Origin: Candidatus Limivicinus sp.
GTDB taxonomy: Bacteria > Bacillota > Clostridia > Oscillospirales > Oscillospiraceae
DNA length: 43,757 bases
Reading direction: 5' to 3'
NCBI GenBank assembly: GCA_048477415.1
Contig: DBGBEC010000311.1
Span: 1-43,757 of the forward strand
Position 1 is the first letter of the stretch; every line of letters starts with the position of its first letter. Shown piece by piece: positions 1 to 7,122 of this stretch. The position numbers and the translations under genes were made by a program. A model generated the notes under the pieces. That model was not told the origin of the DNA. It ran no database searches and worked only from the letters and a program-made list of their open reading frames with translations.

Positions 1-66
1 CTTTTCTTCTATTATATAAACACCGGAGGGAGAAAGCCCGCCGAACGCGCTGGGAGGTATGTAATT

Positions 67-894
67 GTGGAAAGGAAACGGATCACCGAGCTCTGCCCCT
101 GGCTGCTGCCCTTGAGGAAGCGGCAGAGGAAGCTCTTTTTCTACGCCGCCATGAAGCGGGACGGGCGGCGCTACAGCCGGGAGCTTCAGGCGGAACGGCT
201 GCCGGTCCGGCTTTTTGAGAGCCGCTGCCCCATGATAAACGACAGCACGGGCTTTGACCTGAAGTATCAGGAGAACAAGGTATACAACCTGAAGCTGGCT
301 GCCGAAAAGCTGGACGGGCTCGTTATAAGGCCGGGAGAGACCTTTTCCTTCTGGCAGGCCATACGGGACGCGGACAGGGAGCGGCCCTATAAGGAGGGGC
401 TGGCGGAGATAAACGGCAGACTCACCACCGAATACGGCGGGGGGCTGTGCATGCTGTCAAACCTTATCTTCTGGGTCATGCTTCACAGCCCGCTGAGCAT
501 TGCCGAGCGCCACGGCCATCGGGAGAAGGACTTTCCCGAGCCCCCCAGCGACGCCCTCTACGGAGTTGACGCCACAGTAGCCGAGGGCTGGCTGGACCTG
601 AAGTTAGAAAACAGGAGCGAGCTGAGCTTTCAGCTTGAGATAGGCTTCGAGGGCGGCTTTATCACAGGGGCTATCCTGTCCTCCCTGGATCTGGGTCAGC
701 GCTACAGCCTTGAAAACGGCCCGGTGGAATATCTCCGCCGGGGCCGGGAGATCTATGAAAGGGCCCCGGTCATCAGGCTCTGCCGGACAGAGGGGGCGGT
801 GCCGGAAAGGGAAGCACTGTATACGAACCTGTGCCGCATAGGATACACGCTGCCGGAGGGCACAGAGATAAGGGAGGAAGAGAGCGATGGATAA
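67..894 (+). CDS. vanW: VanW-family protein (vancomycin-resistance accessory protein-like)
   Basis: The 275-aa ORF has the VanW-domain core (ETFSFWQ...GGGLCMLSNLIFW...DATV). A GTG start lies 9 nt after GGAGG. Its end overlaps the next gene by 8 nt. It sits immediately upstream of a VanG-like ligase, as in vanG operons. Confidence 0.8.
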   Translation: MERKRITELCPWLLPLRKRQRKLFFYAAMKRDGRRYSRELQAERLPVRLFESRCPMINDSTGFDLKYQENKVYNLKLAAEKLDGLVIRPGETFSFWQAIRDADRERPYKEGLAEINGRLTTEYGGGLCMLSNLIFWVMLHSPLSIAERHGHREKDFPEPPSDALYGVDATVAEGWLDLKLENRSELSFQLEIGFEGGFITGAILSSLDLGQRYSLENGPVEYLRRGREIYERAPVIRLCRTEGAVPEREALYTNLCRIGYTLPEGTEIREEESDG

Positions 895-1936
895 GAAAAA
901 GAATATTTTGATAATTTTTGGGGGCTGCTCCCCGGAGTACGGGGTGTCGCTCCAGTCCGCGGCGGGGGTGATCTCCCACCTGGACAATGAGAGCTATGTC
1001 CCCATCCCCCTGGGCATAAGCCGGGAGGGGCGCTGGTTCAGATATTACGGCCCGGTGGAGGCCATCGCGGAGGACCGCTGGCTCAACGAAAAGGACTGTG
1101 TACCCGCCCTGCTCTCCCCAGACCGGGGAGACAGCTGCCTGCTCGTCCTGGCCGCAGGCGGGCCCCGGCGGGAGCGGATAGACGGGGCCTTCCCGGTGCT
1201 CCACGGGAAAAACGGGGAAGACGGCACTGTCCAGGGCCTTATCGAGCTGGCGGGTATCCCCCTTATCGGCTGCGGCACCCTGGCCTCCGCCCTGTGCATG
1301 GACAAGGACCGGGCCCACAGACTGGCGGCGCTGGCCGGGATAAATGTCCCGGACTCCTTCGTCATAGAGCGGGGCTTCGAGCCCAGGGCCGCTCTGGCCC
1401 GGGCGGAGAGCCTGGGCTATCCCCTGTTTGTAAAGCCGGTGCGGGCCGGCTCCTCCTTCGGCGTGACCCGGGTGGAAGAGCCCGATGGGCTTCTTCAGGC
1501 CCTGGACCGGGCCCTGAAATACGACGGGCAGGCCATTATGGAACAGGAGATACCCGGCTTTGAGGTGGGCTGCGCCGTCGTCGGCGGGGATAAGCTCATC
1601 TTCGGCGAGATAGACGAGATAGAGCTTCAGGGTGGCTTTTTCAACTTTGAAGAGAAGTACAAGCTCATAAGCTCCCGGATACATGTGCCCGCCCGGATAG
1701 ATCCGGGCACCTCCTCCCGGCTGAAGGAGGCCGCTGGGAAGATATACCGGGCCCTGGGCTGCTCCGGCTTTGCCCGGGTGGACATGTTCCTCAGCCCCAG
1801 CGGGGAGATATTTTTCAACGAGGTCAACACCATCCCGGGCTTCACGCCCCACAGCCGCTTCCCCGGCATGATGAAGGCGGCGGGGCTTGACTTCGGGGCG
1901 CTGCTCCGGCTGATAATCAGCGGGGAGGTGGGCTGA
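887..1936 (+). CDS. vanG: D-alanine--D-serine ligase, VanG-like (ATP-grasp Ddl family)
   Basis: Long colinear runs match the VanG sequence as I remember it: FPVLHGKNGEDGTVQGL.ELAGIP, LCMDKDRAH, YPLF.KPVRAGSSFG.T.V, GFEVGCAV.G, EIEL..GFF...EKY.L.SS.I..PARID, LGCSGF.RVDMF..PSGEI.FNEVNTIPGFT.HSR.P.MM. Confidence 0.85.
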   Translation: MDKKKNILIIFGGCSPEYGVSLQSAAGVISHLDNESYVPIPLGISREGRWFRYYGPVEAIAEDRWLNEKDCVPALLSPDRGDSCLLVLAAGGPRRERIDGAFPVLHGKNGEDGTVQGLIELAGIPLIGCGTLASALCMDKDRAHRLAALAGINVPDSFVIERGFEPRAALARAESLGYPLFVKPVRAGSSFGVTRVEEPDGLLQALDRALKYDGQAIMEQEIPGFEVGCAVVGGDKLIFGEIDEIELQGGFFNFEEKYKLISSRIHVPARIDPGTSSRLKEAAGKIYRALGCSGFARVDMFLSPSGEIFFNEVNTIPGFTPHSRFPGMMKAAGLDFGALLRLIISGEVG

Positions 1937-1937
1937 G

Positions 1938-2399
1938 ATGAGCCTTCGCGAGAGGATCATCGACCGTTCCCTGGGAAATGATCTGCGTTCCTTCTGGCGG
2001 CTGTATTACCGGCGTGAGCGGGCCAAAAGCCGCGCCTGGCGGCTGCTGCTCACATATTTTGTGAACCGGAAGGCCCAGCGCCATGGGGGCTATGTGGGAA
2101 ATGGCGCGCTTATCGAGGCAGTGCCCTCCCTGCCCCACGGGCTCCACGGGCTGTATATCTCCCGCTATGCCCGGATAGGCTCCGGCTGCCGGATATACCA
2201 GAACGTGACCATCGGCGAGGTGGAGGGCAGAGCCCCCAGTATCGGGCGAAACTGCCTCATCGGGGCCGGGGCCTGCCTTGTGGGCGGGATAAGCATAGGC
2301 GAGGGGGCAAAGATCGGCGCTGGGGCCGTGGTGGCCTTTGACGTGCCCCCGGGCAGCACCGTGGTGGCCCAGGCCCCCAGAGTGATAGTGAAAGGCTGA
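1938..2399 (+). CDS. Left-handed beta-helix (hexapeptide-repeat) acetyltransferase, serine O-acetyltransferase (CysE/EpsC)-like
   Basis: The 153-aa ORF carries tandem hexapeptide repeats (IGSGCRIYQNVTIGE...IGRNCLIGAGACLVGGISIGEGAKIGAGAVV). The ATG lies 1 nt after the ligase stop, and its stop overlaps the racemase start (ATGA). Confidence 0.75.
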   Translation: MSLRERIIDRSLGNDLRSFWRLYYRRERAKSRAWRLLLTYFVNRKAQRHGGYVGNGALIEAVPSLPHGLHGLYISRYARIGSGCRIYQNVTIGEVEGRAPSIGRNCLIGAGACLVGGISIGEGAKIGAGAVVAFDVPPGSTVVAQAPRVIVKG

Positions 2400-3529
2400 T
2401 GAGCATGGATAGCATAGAAACTGCCCGGGCCTGGATAGAGCTGGACCGGGCCGCCCTCCGGCACAACGTCTCCCTGCTTCAGGGCCGGCTGCCCCGGGGC
2501 TGCCGGCTCATGCCGGTGCTGAAGGCCGACGCCTATGGCCACGGAGCCCGGCTCATGGCCCCGGAGCTACAGGCCCTGGGCTTTTCAAGCTTCGCCGTGG
2601 CCAGCGCCGCCGAGGGGGCGGAGCTGAGAAGGCTGGGCATAAAGGGTGATATCCTGATCCTGGGCTATACCCATCCCTCCCAGGCAGAGCTCTTGAGCCG
2701 CCTGGAGCTGAGCCAGTGCCTGGTGGACCCGGACTATGCCCGGGAGCTGGACAGCCGGGGCTTCCCCCTGAGGGCGGAGCTGGCCATAGACAGCGGCATG
2801 AAGCGTCTGGGGACAGACTGGCAGGACCTCCGCTCCATGGAAGAGATATGCCGGCTCAGGCATCTGCGCGTCACCGGGGCCTTCAGCCACCTCTGCACCG
2901 ATGACGAGGCCTTTTCCGCCCTTCAGAGCCGCCGCTTCTTCTCCGCCGTGGATAGGCTGCGGGCCGGAGGGCTGAGCATACCCCGGGCCCACATACTGAG
3001 CAGCTATTCCATTTTTGACTCTCCCGGCCTGGGCGGTGACTTTGCCCGGAGCGGTATCGCCCTGTGCGGCCTGTTGAGCTCCGCCGGGGACGAAGAGCGC
3101 CGGCATACGGGGCTGCGCCCGGTGCTGTCCCTATGGGCCCGGGTGGCCTCCCTGAGGGAGCTGGACGCCGGACAGGGCGCGGGCTACGGCCTGTGCTTCC
3201 GCCCCGGGGAGCGGCGGCGTATCGCCGCCATAAGCATCGGCTATGGCGACGGCCTGCCCTCCGCCCTGGGCCTGGGCCGGGGCCGGGCCCTTATAAACGG
3301 TCGCTCAGCCCCCATTGTGGGCCGGATATGCATGGACCAGGCCCTTCTGGACGTCACCGGCCTTGAGCTTCGCCCCGGGGACAGGGCCCTGCTCATCGGC
3401 CCGGGCATAAGCGCCTATGAAATGGCGGAAAAAAGCGGCGCCATAACAAACGAGATCCTAAGCCGCCTCGGCCCCAGACTGTGCCGAACATGGAAGCCCG
3501 AAAGCCCTGGGAATGGCGGACTTTCCTAA
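2399..3529 (+). CDS. PLP-dependent alanine/serine racemase (soluble; VanT racemase-domain-like)
   Basis: It has an N-terminal AWIELDRAALRHN, the PLP-lysine motif VLKADAYGHG, and a C-terminal GRICMDQ motif. At 376 aa it has no N-terminal membrane domain. Confidence 0.88.
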   Translation: MSMDSIETARAWIELDRAALRHNVSLLQGRLPRGCRLMPVLKADAYGHGARLMAPELQALGFSSFAVASAAEGAELRRLGIKGDILILGYTHPSQAELLSRLELSQCLVDPDYARELDSRGFPLRAELAIDSGMKRLGTDWQDLRSMEEICRLRHLRVTGAFSHLCTDDEAFSALQSRRFFSAVDRLRAGGLSIPRAHILSSYSIFDSPGLGGDFARSGIALCGLLSSAGDEERRHTGLRPVLSLWARVASLRELDAGQGAGYGLCFRPGERRRIAAISIGYGDGLPSALGLGRGRALINGRSAPIVGRICMDQALLDVTGLELRPGDRALLIGPGISAYEMAEKSGAITNEILSRLGPRLCRTWKPESPGNGGLS

Positions 3530-3558
3530 CGGTCGAGCGGGGATATAGCCCGGAGGTA

Positions 3559-3587
3559 TTGACTTTTATGGGTCTGCGCCCTATGCT
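3559..3587 (+). promoter_or_regulatory. Sigma-A-type promoter (TTGACT-17 nt-TATGCT) upstream of the XRE gene
   Basis: The -35 TTGACT is at 3559-3564, followed by a 17-nt spacer and the -10 TATGCT at 3582-3587. It lies about 65 nt upstream of the ATG at 3652. Confidence 0.45.
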
Positions 3588-3651
3588 GAGACCAGCTTAT
3601 GAAAGAGCTGATCTCCCGCCGGGCAAACGGCGGAATGGGGAGTGACGAAAA

Positions 3652-3858
3652 ATGGAAAACAAGCAGAGCTTCGGCGCGTACATCCTCCGCCGACGCAAGG
3701 AGCTGGGCATGACCCAGAAGGAGTTTGCGGAAAAATTATATGTGACCGAATCCGCCGTCAGCAAATGGGAGCGGGGCATGAAATATGTACAGCCGTATCA
3801 TCCGCCAGGTTTCGGGGATGATACGGCTGAATGCTTTTCTTTTCAGGCGGGGAGATAG
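3652..3858 (+). CDS. Short XRE/Cro-family helix-turn-helix protein, possibly a truncated remnant
   Basis: It shows the canonical HTH_3 signature FGAYILRRRKELGMTQKEFAEKLYVTESAVSKWERG. After WERG the frame reads straight through a terminator hairpin, and its end overlaps the convergent gene. Confidence 0.6.
   Translation: MENKQSFGAYILRRRKELGMTQKEFAEKLYVTESAVSKWERGMKYVQPYHPPGFGDDTAECFSFQAGR
3790..3840 (+). terminator. Rho-independent terminator between convergent genes
   Basis: A perfect 13-14 bp stem pairs CAGCCGTATCATC(C) at 3790-3803 with (G)GATGATACGGCTG at 3816-3829. It is followed by the T-rich AATGCTTTTCTTTTC. Confidence 0.7.
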
Positions 3859-4607
3859 TCCATGGGGTTTGCAAAGCCCCCCTCAGTCCTGATGGCGAAG
3901 TGCAGGTGCTCGGCCTGGCTCACCTCGCAGAGGGCAGTGTCGCCCACGGTCCCGATGACAGCGCCGGGCTCCACCCAGTCGCCCGGGTTCACGGAGACTG
4001 TCTCGGCCAGGTTTGAATACAGGCTCCTTGTGCCGTCGCCATGGTCAATGGTGACGGTCATGCCGTAGAGGTCGTCCTTCACCACGCTCTCTACAGTGCC
4101 GGCGTGGGCCGCGGCCACCTCTGTACCCAGGGGAGCCAGGATATCTATGCCCTCGTGGGTGCGCCAGTCGCCCATGGTCTGGTCATAGCTGAGCCGTTCC
4201 ATGTGATATTCCCGTTCAAGCTCGCCGCTGATGGGCCAGACGTAAACAGAAGCCGCAGCTGGGGCCGCGTCCTCGCTCCAGACCTGGCTGCTCTCCTCGG
4301 TGACGGTGGTCTCCGTCTCCGCCAGGCCCTGGCTCTCCACCGGGGGAGCCTGGACCTCCATGGGCTCGTCCAGCCCGTCCGCGGCCTCGGTCTGCTCCGT
4401 TTTCGGGGTGACGATGACCGTTTCCACCCGCTTGTTTTCCAGACGGGACTGGTTCATATCTCCAAGGTCTTCCGCCATAGTCCTCTTTCCTGCCGCCATC
4501 ATCCAGGCGGACACGCCGATAACCGCGGCGCACAGGAAAAGGACTATGTAAAAGCCCTTTCCCGTAAAAAATCCTTCCAGCTTACCGCCGGAGCCTTTGC
4601 TGCTCAT
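3843..4607 (-). CDS. Membrane-anchored M23/LytM-family metallopeptidase, SpoIIQ-like
   Basis: The C-terminal LytM domain has HEGIDI...DHGDG...HLHF. A single N-terminal TM segment is present (FYIVLFLCAAVIGVSAWMMAA). I moved the start to the ATG at 4607 (MSSKGSGG), which is preceded by GGAGGT. The track's 4691 start has no RBS. Confidence 0.8.
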   Translation of the reverse strand: MSSKGSGGKLEGFFTGKGFYIVLFLCAAVIGVSAWMMAAGKRTMAEDLGDMNQSRLENKRVETVIVTPKTEQTEAADGLDEPMEVQAPPVESQGLAETETTVTEESSQVWSEDAAPAAASVYVWPISGELEREYHMERLSYDQTMGDWRTHEGIDILAPLGTEVAAAHAGTVESVVKDDLYGMTVTIDHGDGTRSLYSNLAETVSVNPGDWVEPGAVIGTVGDTALCEVSQAEHLHFAIRTEGGFANPMDYLPA

Positions 4608-4651
4608 AGGTCTTACCTCCGTTTGTGTTTGGTTAAATTGGATCGCACCCC

Positions 4652-4681
4652 TATTCTTGCCTCCGCAGGGATAATTTATAC
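4652..4681 (-). promoter_or_regulatory. Candidate forespore-type (sigma-F/sigma-G-like) promoter of the M23/SpoIIQ-like gene
   Basis: The minus strand reads GTATA (4681-4677), 15 nt, then GGCAAGAATA (4661-4652). This matches the sigma-F-type pattern as I recall it (G[C/T]ATA, about 15 nt, GGnRAnAnTW). It lies about 45 nt upstream of the ATG. Confidence 0.4.
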
Positions 4682-4798
4682 AAAAAACCAAAAAGTTTCT
4701 TCTCCCTCGGTCACAGCCCCTTGACTTATCCCCCCAAGAGTTTTTTCTTTACACGGGGGCTATGGATTTTTTTGGGTGCTTGTGCTATAATGCGTGGC

Positions 4799-5467
4799 AT
4801 GAACAGAAATTATCAGAAAGAGCTGGACAGGATAATACAAAAAAGGGGCAAACGGCTGCCCCGGGTGCTGCTGCACAGCTGCTGCGGTCCCTGTTCCAGC
4901 GCCGTGCTTGAGTATCTTACAAAATATTTTGAGCTCAGCCTGCTCTGGTATAACCCCAACATCTATCCCGAGGCAGAGTTCCAGCGCCGCTTTCAGACCC
5001 AGCTCCAGCTTATAGAGAGAATGGGCCTCGCGGACCGGGTGGAGGTGCTGGCGGAGCCCTGGAAGAGCCAGGATTACTACAGCCGGATAAAGGGTCTCGA
5101 GGCCGAGCCGGAGGGGGGCGCCCGCTGTGAAGAGTGCTTCCGGCTGCGGCTGCTGGAGACGGCGCGGATGGCAAAGCGCTATGGCTTTGACTATTTCTGC
5201 ACTACCCTCACCCTGTCCCGGCACAAGGACGCGGCCCTGATAAACCGGCTTGGAGAAGAGACGGCAAGGGCCCTGGGCGTAAGCTGGCTCCCCTCGGACT
5301 TCAAGAAGAGGGACGGGGAGAACCGCTCGATAGAGCTCAGCGAAAAATACGGCCTTTACAGGCAGCTATACTGCGGGTGTGAGTTTTCTCTCCACCGCCG
5401 AATGGAAGGGGCAAAAGGCGAAAGCGCCCCGAAAGATCGACAGACCGGAGGTTTCCAACAAGCATGA
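4799..5467 (+). CDS. queH: Epoxyqueuosine reductase QueH (DUF208 family)
   Basis: It has LLHSCCGPCSS near the N-terminus and a C-terminal YRQLYCGCEFS, both hallmark QueH cysteine motifs. The start is set at MNRNYQKEL. The upstream TTG-initiated extension overlaps the promoter region. Confidence 0.85.
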   Translation: MNRNYQKELDRIIQKRGKRLPRVLLHSCCGPCSSAVLEYLTKYFELSLLWYNPNIYPEAEFQRRFQTQLQLIERMGLADRVEVLAEPWKSQDYYSRIKGLEAEPEGGARCEECFRLRLLETARMAKRYGFDYFCTTLTLSRHKDAALINRLGEETARALGVSWLPSDFKKRDGENRSIELSEKYGLYRQLYCGCEFSLHRRMEGAKGESAPKDRQTGGFQQA

Positions 5468-6003
5468 AAAGCAATTCCCCAAAGATATATAGTCTGGCGG
5501 CTTCTGCCGCTGTCGGGGCGGTGTATGCGGCGCTGACCCTTATCCTGGCCCCTATAAGCTATGGACCAGTGCAGTTTCGGGTCTCTGAGGCCCTGTGTGT
5601 GCTGCCCCTTTTCATTCCGGGGACGGCCTGGGGGCTCTTCGTCGGCTGCGCGCTGGCAAATCTTTTGACCGGGAATATTTTTGACATCGTTTTCGGCTCT
5701 CTGGCCACTCTGGCCGCCGGGCTTTTGACCGGGTATATCGGCAGAAAGGGGCGGAGCCTTGGCCTGGCGGCCCTGGGCTGCCTTATGCCGGTCATCCTGA
5801 ACGCTCTGGTGATAGGGGCGGTCATAACAGAGGCCTATAACGGGATGAGCGTATTCTCCAACGCCGGGGTGTTTGCCCTGAACGCCGCACAGGTGGGCCT
5901 GGGCGAGGCAGGGGTCATGTACATCATCGGCCTGCCCCTGGCCCGCTATCTGCCGAAAAAGCGCTTTTTCCGTGAATTCACGGAAAAAGCCCTTGAAAAA
6001 TAA
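5464..6003 (+). CDS. queT: Queuosine-precursor transporter QueT (ECF S-component family)
   Basis: The 179-aa polytopic protein contains GPVQFRVSEALCVLP and NIFDIVFGSLATL. An ATGA overlap couples it to queH. Confidence 0.8.
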   Translation: MKSNSPKIYSLAASAAVGAVYAALTLILAPISYGPVQFRVSEALCVLPLFIPGTAWGLFVGCALANLLTGNIFDIVFGSLATLAAGLLTGYIGRKGRSLGLAALGCLMPVILNALVIGAVITEAYNGMSVFSNAGVFALNAAQVGLGEAGVMYIIGLPLARYLPKKRFFREFTEKALEK

Positions 6004-6034
6004 AACAGTACAGCCACAGAGAAAGGAGCCAGCC

Positions 6035-6910
6035 ATGAAAGTCAGGAAGGCCATCATCCCCGCCGCGGGGCTCGGCACGCGCATGCTGCCCAACACCAAG
6101 AGCATTCCCAAGGAAATGCTGCCCCTGGTGGACAAGCCCGTGCTTCAGTACATCGTGGAGGAGGCGGTCTCCGCCGGGGTGGAAGAGATACTCATCATCA
6201 CCAACCGCGGTAAATCCCCCATCGAGGACTATTTTGACTATGCCCCGGACCTGGAAGCCCGGCTTATCCAGGACGGAAAACACGCCGAGGCCCGCACCGT
6301 CCGGGAGGTGGCCGACATGGCGGACGTCTTCTTTCTCCGCCAGAAGGAGACGAAGGGCCTGGGCCACGCCGTGTGGAGGGCCAAGAGCTTCGTTGGGAAC
6401 GAGCCCTTCGCCGTGCTTCTGGGCGATGACATAATGCTCAGCCGCAAGCCCGTGCTCAGACAGTTGGTGGACGCGGCGGAGGAGCACGAGTGCAGCGCCG
6501 TGGCCGTCCACGAGGTGCCGGACGAGCTTATTGTCAAATACTCCTCGGTAAAGCTGAAGGAGAAACTGGGCCCCAGGGTATACAGCATAGACGACATGAA
6601 CGAAAAGCCCACCCTTGAGGAAAAGCTCTCCAGCTTCGCCATACTGGGCCGCTATGTGCTGACACCCCGGATATTCGAGATATTAGAGCGGACCCCCCCC
6701 GGGCGCAACAACGAGATACAGCTCACCGACGGCATGAGAGAGCTCTGCCGGCTGGAGCCCATGTGCGCCGTGGATTTCGAGGGCAAACGCTATGACACGG
6801 GGAACCTGAAGGGCTATCTGGAGGCCACCATAGATTTCGCCCTGGAAAATAAAGAGGCGGGGGACTGGCTGCGCCGCTTCATCATCGAAAAATCCAGAGA
6901 ATTGACTTGA
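6035..6910 (+). CDS. galU: UTP--glucose-1-phosphate uridylyltransferase
   Basis: The N-terminus reads KAIIPAAGLGTRMLPNTKSIPKEMLPLVDKPVLQYIVEE, with VLLGDD further downstream. The ATG at 6035 is preceded by AAAGGAG. The track start at 5972 lies inside queT. Confidence 0.93.
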   Translation: MKVRKAIIPAAGLGTRMLPNTKSIPKEMLPLVDKPVLQYIVEEAVSAGVEEILIITNRGKSPIEDYFDYAPDLEARLIQDGKHAEARTVREVADMADVFFLRQKETKGLGHAVWRAKSFVGNEPFAVLLGDDIMLSRKPVLRQLVDAAEEHECSAVAVHEVPDELIVKYSSVKLKEKLGPRVYSIDDMNEKPTLEEKLSSFAILGRYVLTPRIFEILERTPPGRNNEIQLTDGMRELCRLEPMCAVDFEGKRYDTGNLKGYLEATIDFALENKEAGDWLRRFIIEKSRELT

Positions 6911-6935
6911 CTTTCCGCCTGGCGGGGGATAAAAT
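6907..6935 (+). promoter_or_regulatory. Sigma-A promoter (TTGACT-17 nt-TAAAAT) driving the TPP riboswitch and thiT
   Basis: The -35 is at 6907-6912, overlapping the galU stop, and the -10 is at 6930-6935. The riboswitch begins about 10 nt downstream. Confidence 0.55.
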
Positions 6936-6943
6936 CGTATTAA

Positions 6944-7080
6944 ACAAGTGGGTGCTGGGTCCTCCCGGCTGAGACAGGGTAAAAGAGCCCTGAAACCATG
7001 GAACCTGATCCGGGTAATGCCGGCGTAGGAAACAGAGACCGGGTTTTTCCGCAGGTTCAGTTTCTGGACCTGCGGTTTTC
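6944..7080 (+). promoter_or_regulatory. TPP (thi-box) riboswitch with an intrinsic-terminator expression platform
   Basis: The thi-box core is present: GGTGC...CTGAGA...CCCTGAAACCATGGAACCTGATCCGGGTAATGCCGGCGTAGGAAAC (about 6950-7033). It is followed by a hairpin (CCGCAGGTTCAG / CTGGACCTGCGG, 7049-7075) and TTTT. The downstream gene is thiT. Confidence 0.9.
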
Positions 7081-7122
7081 CGTCTCCGCTTCCGAATTTA
7101 TATTTTGGAGGTAAAAAGAACG

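Noticed and set aside
773-1960. A 395-aa ORF antisense to the VanG-like ligase. Similar long antisense or off-frame ORFs include 9280-10143(-), 9881-10603(-), 12910-13686(+), 13394-14236(+), 14619-16259(+), 19073-19645(+), 20273-21079(+), 22027-23193(+), 23257-24150(+), 34813-35721(+), 35998-36555(+), 38527-39084(-), 39664-40872(-), 42539-43303(-) and 43313-43753(-).
   Set aside because: Each lies opposite, or out of frame with, a gene that has unmistakable family motifs. Their translations are Pro/Gly/Arg/Ala/His-rich low-complexity strings with no recognisable domains and no RBS. This is the shadow-ORF behaviour expected in high-GC DNA, where stop codons are rare.
3599-3712. A small ORF starting at the ATG at 3599 (MKELISRRANGG...) upstream of, and overlapping, the XRE gene.
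   Set aside because: It is out of frame with the HTH gene, has no RBS and is compositionally unremarkable. It is probably part of the 5' leader.
4608-4798. A preQ1 riboswitch upstream of queH/queT.
   Set aside because: No preQ1-I-like stem-loop with the A-rich tail, or preQ1-II-like element, is visible. The region is instead occupied by the divergent promoter of the M23 gene and an extended -10 box.
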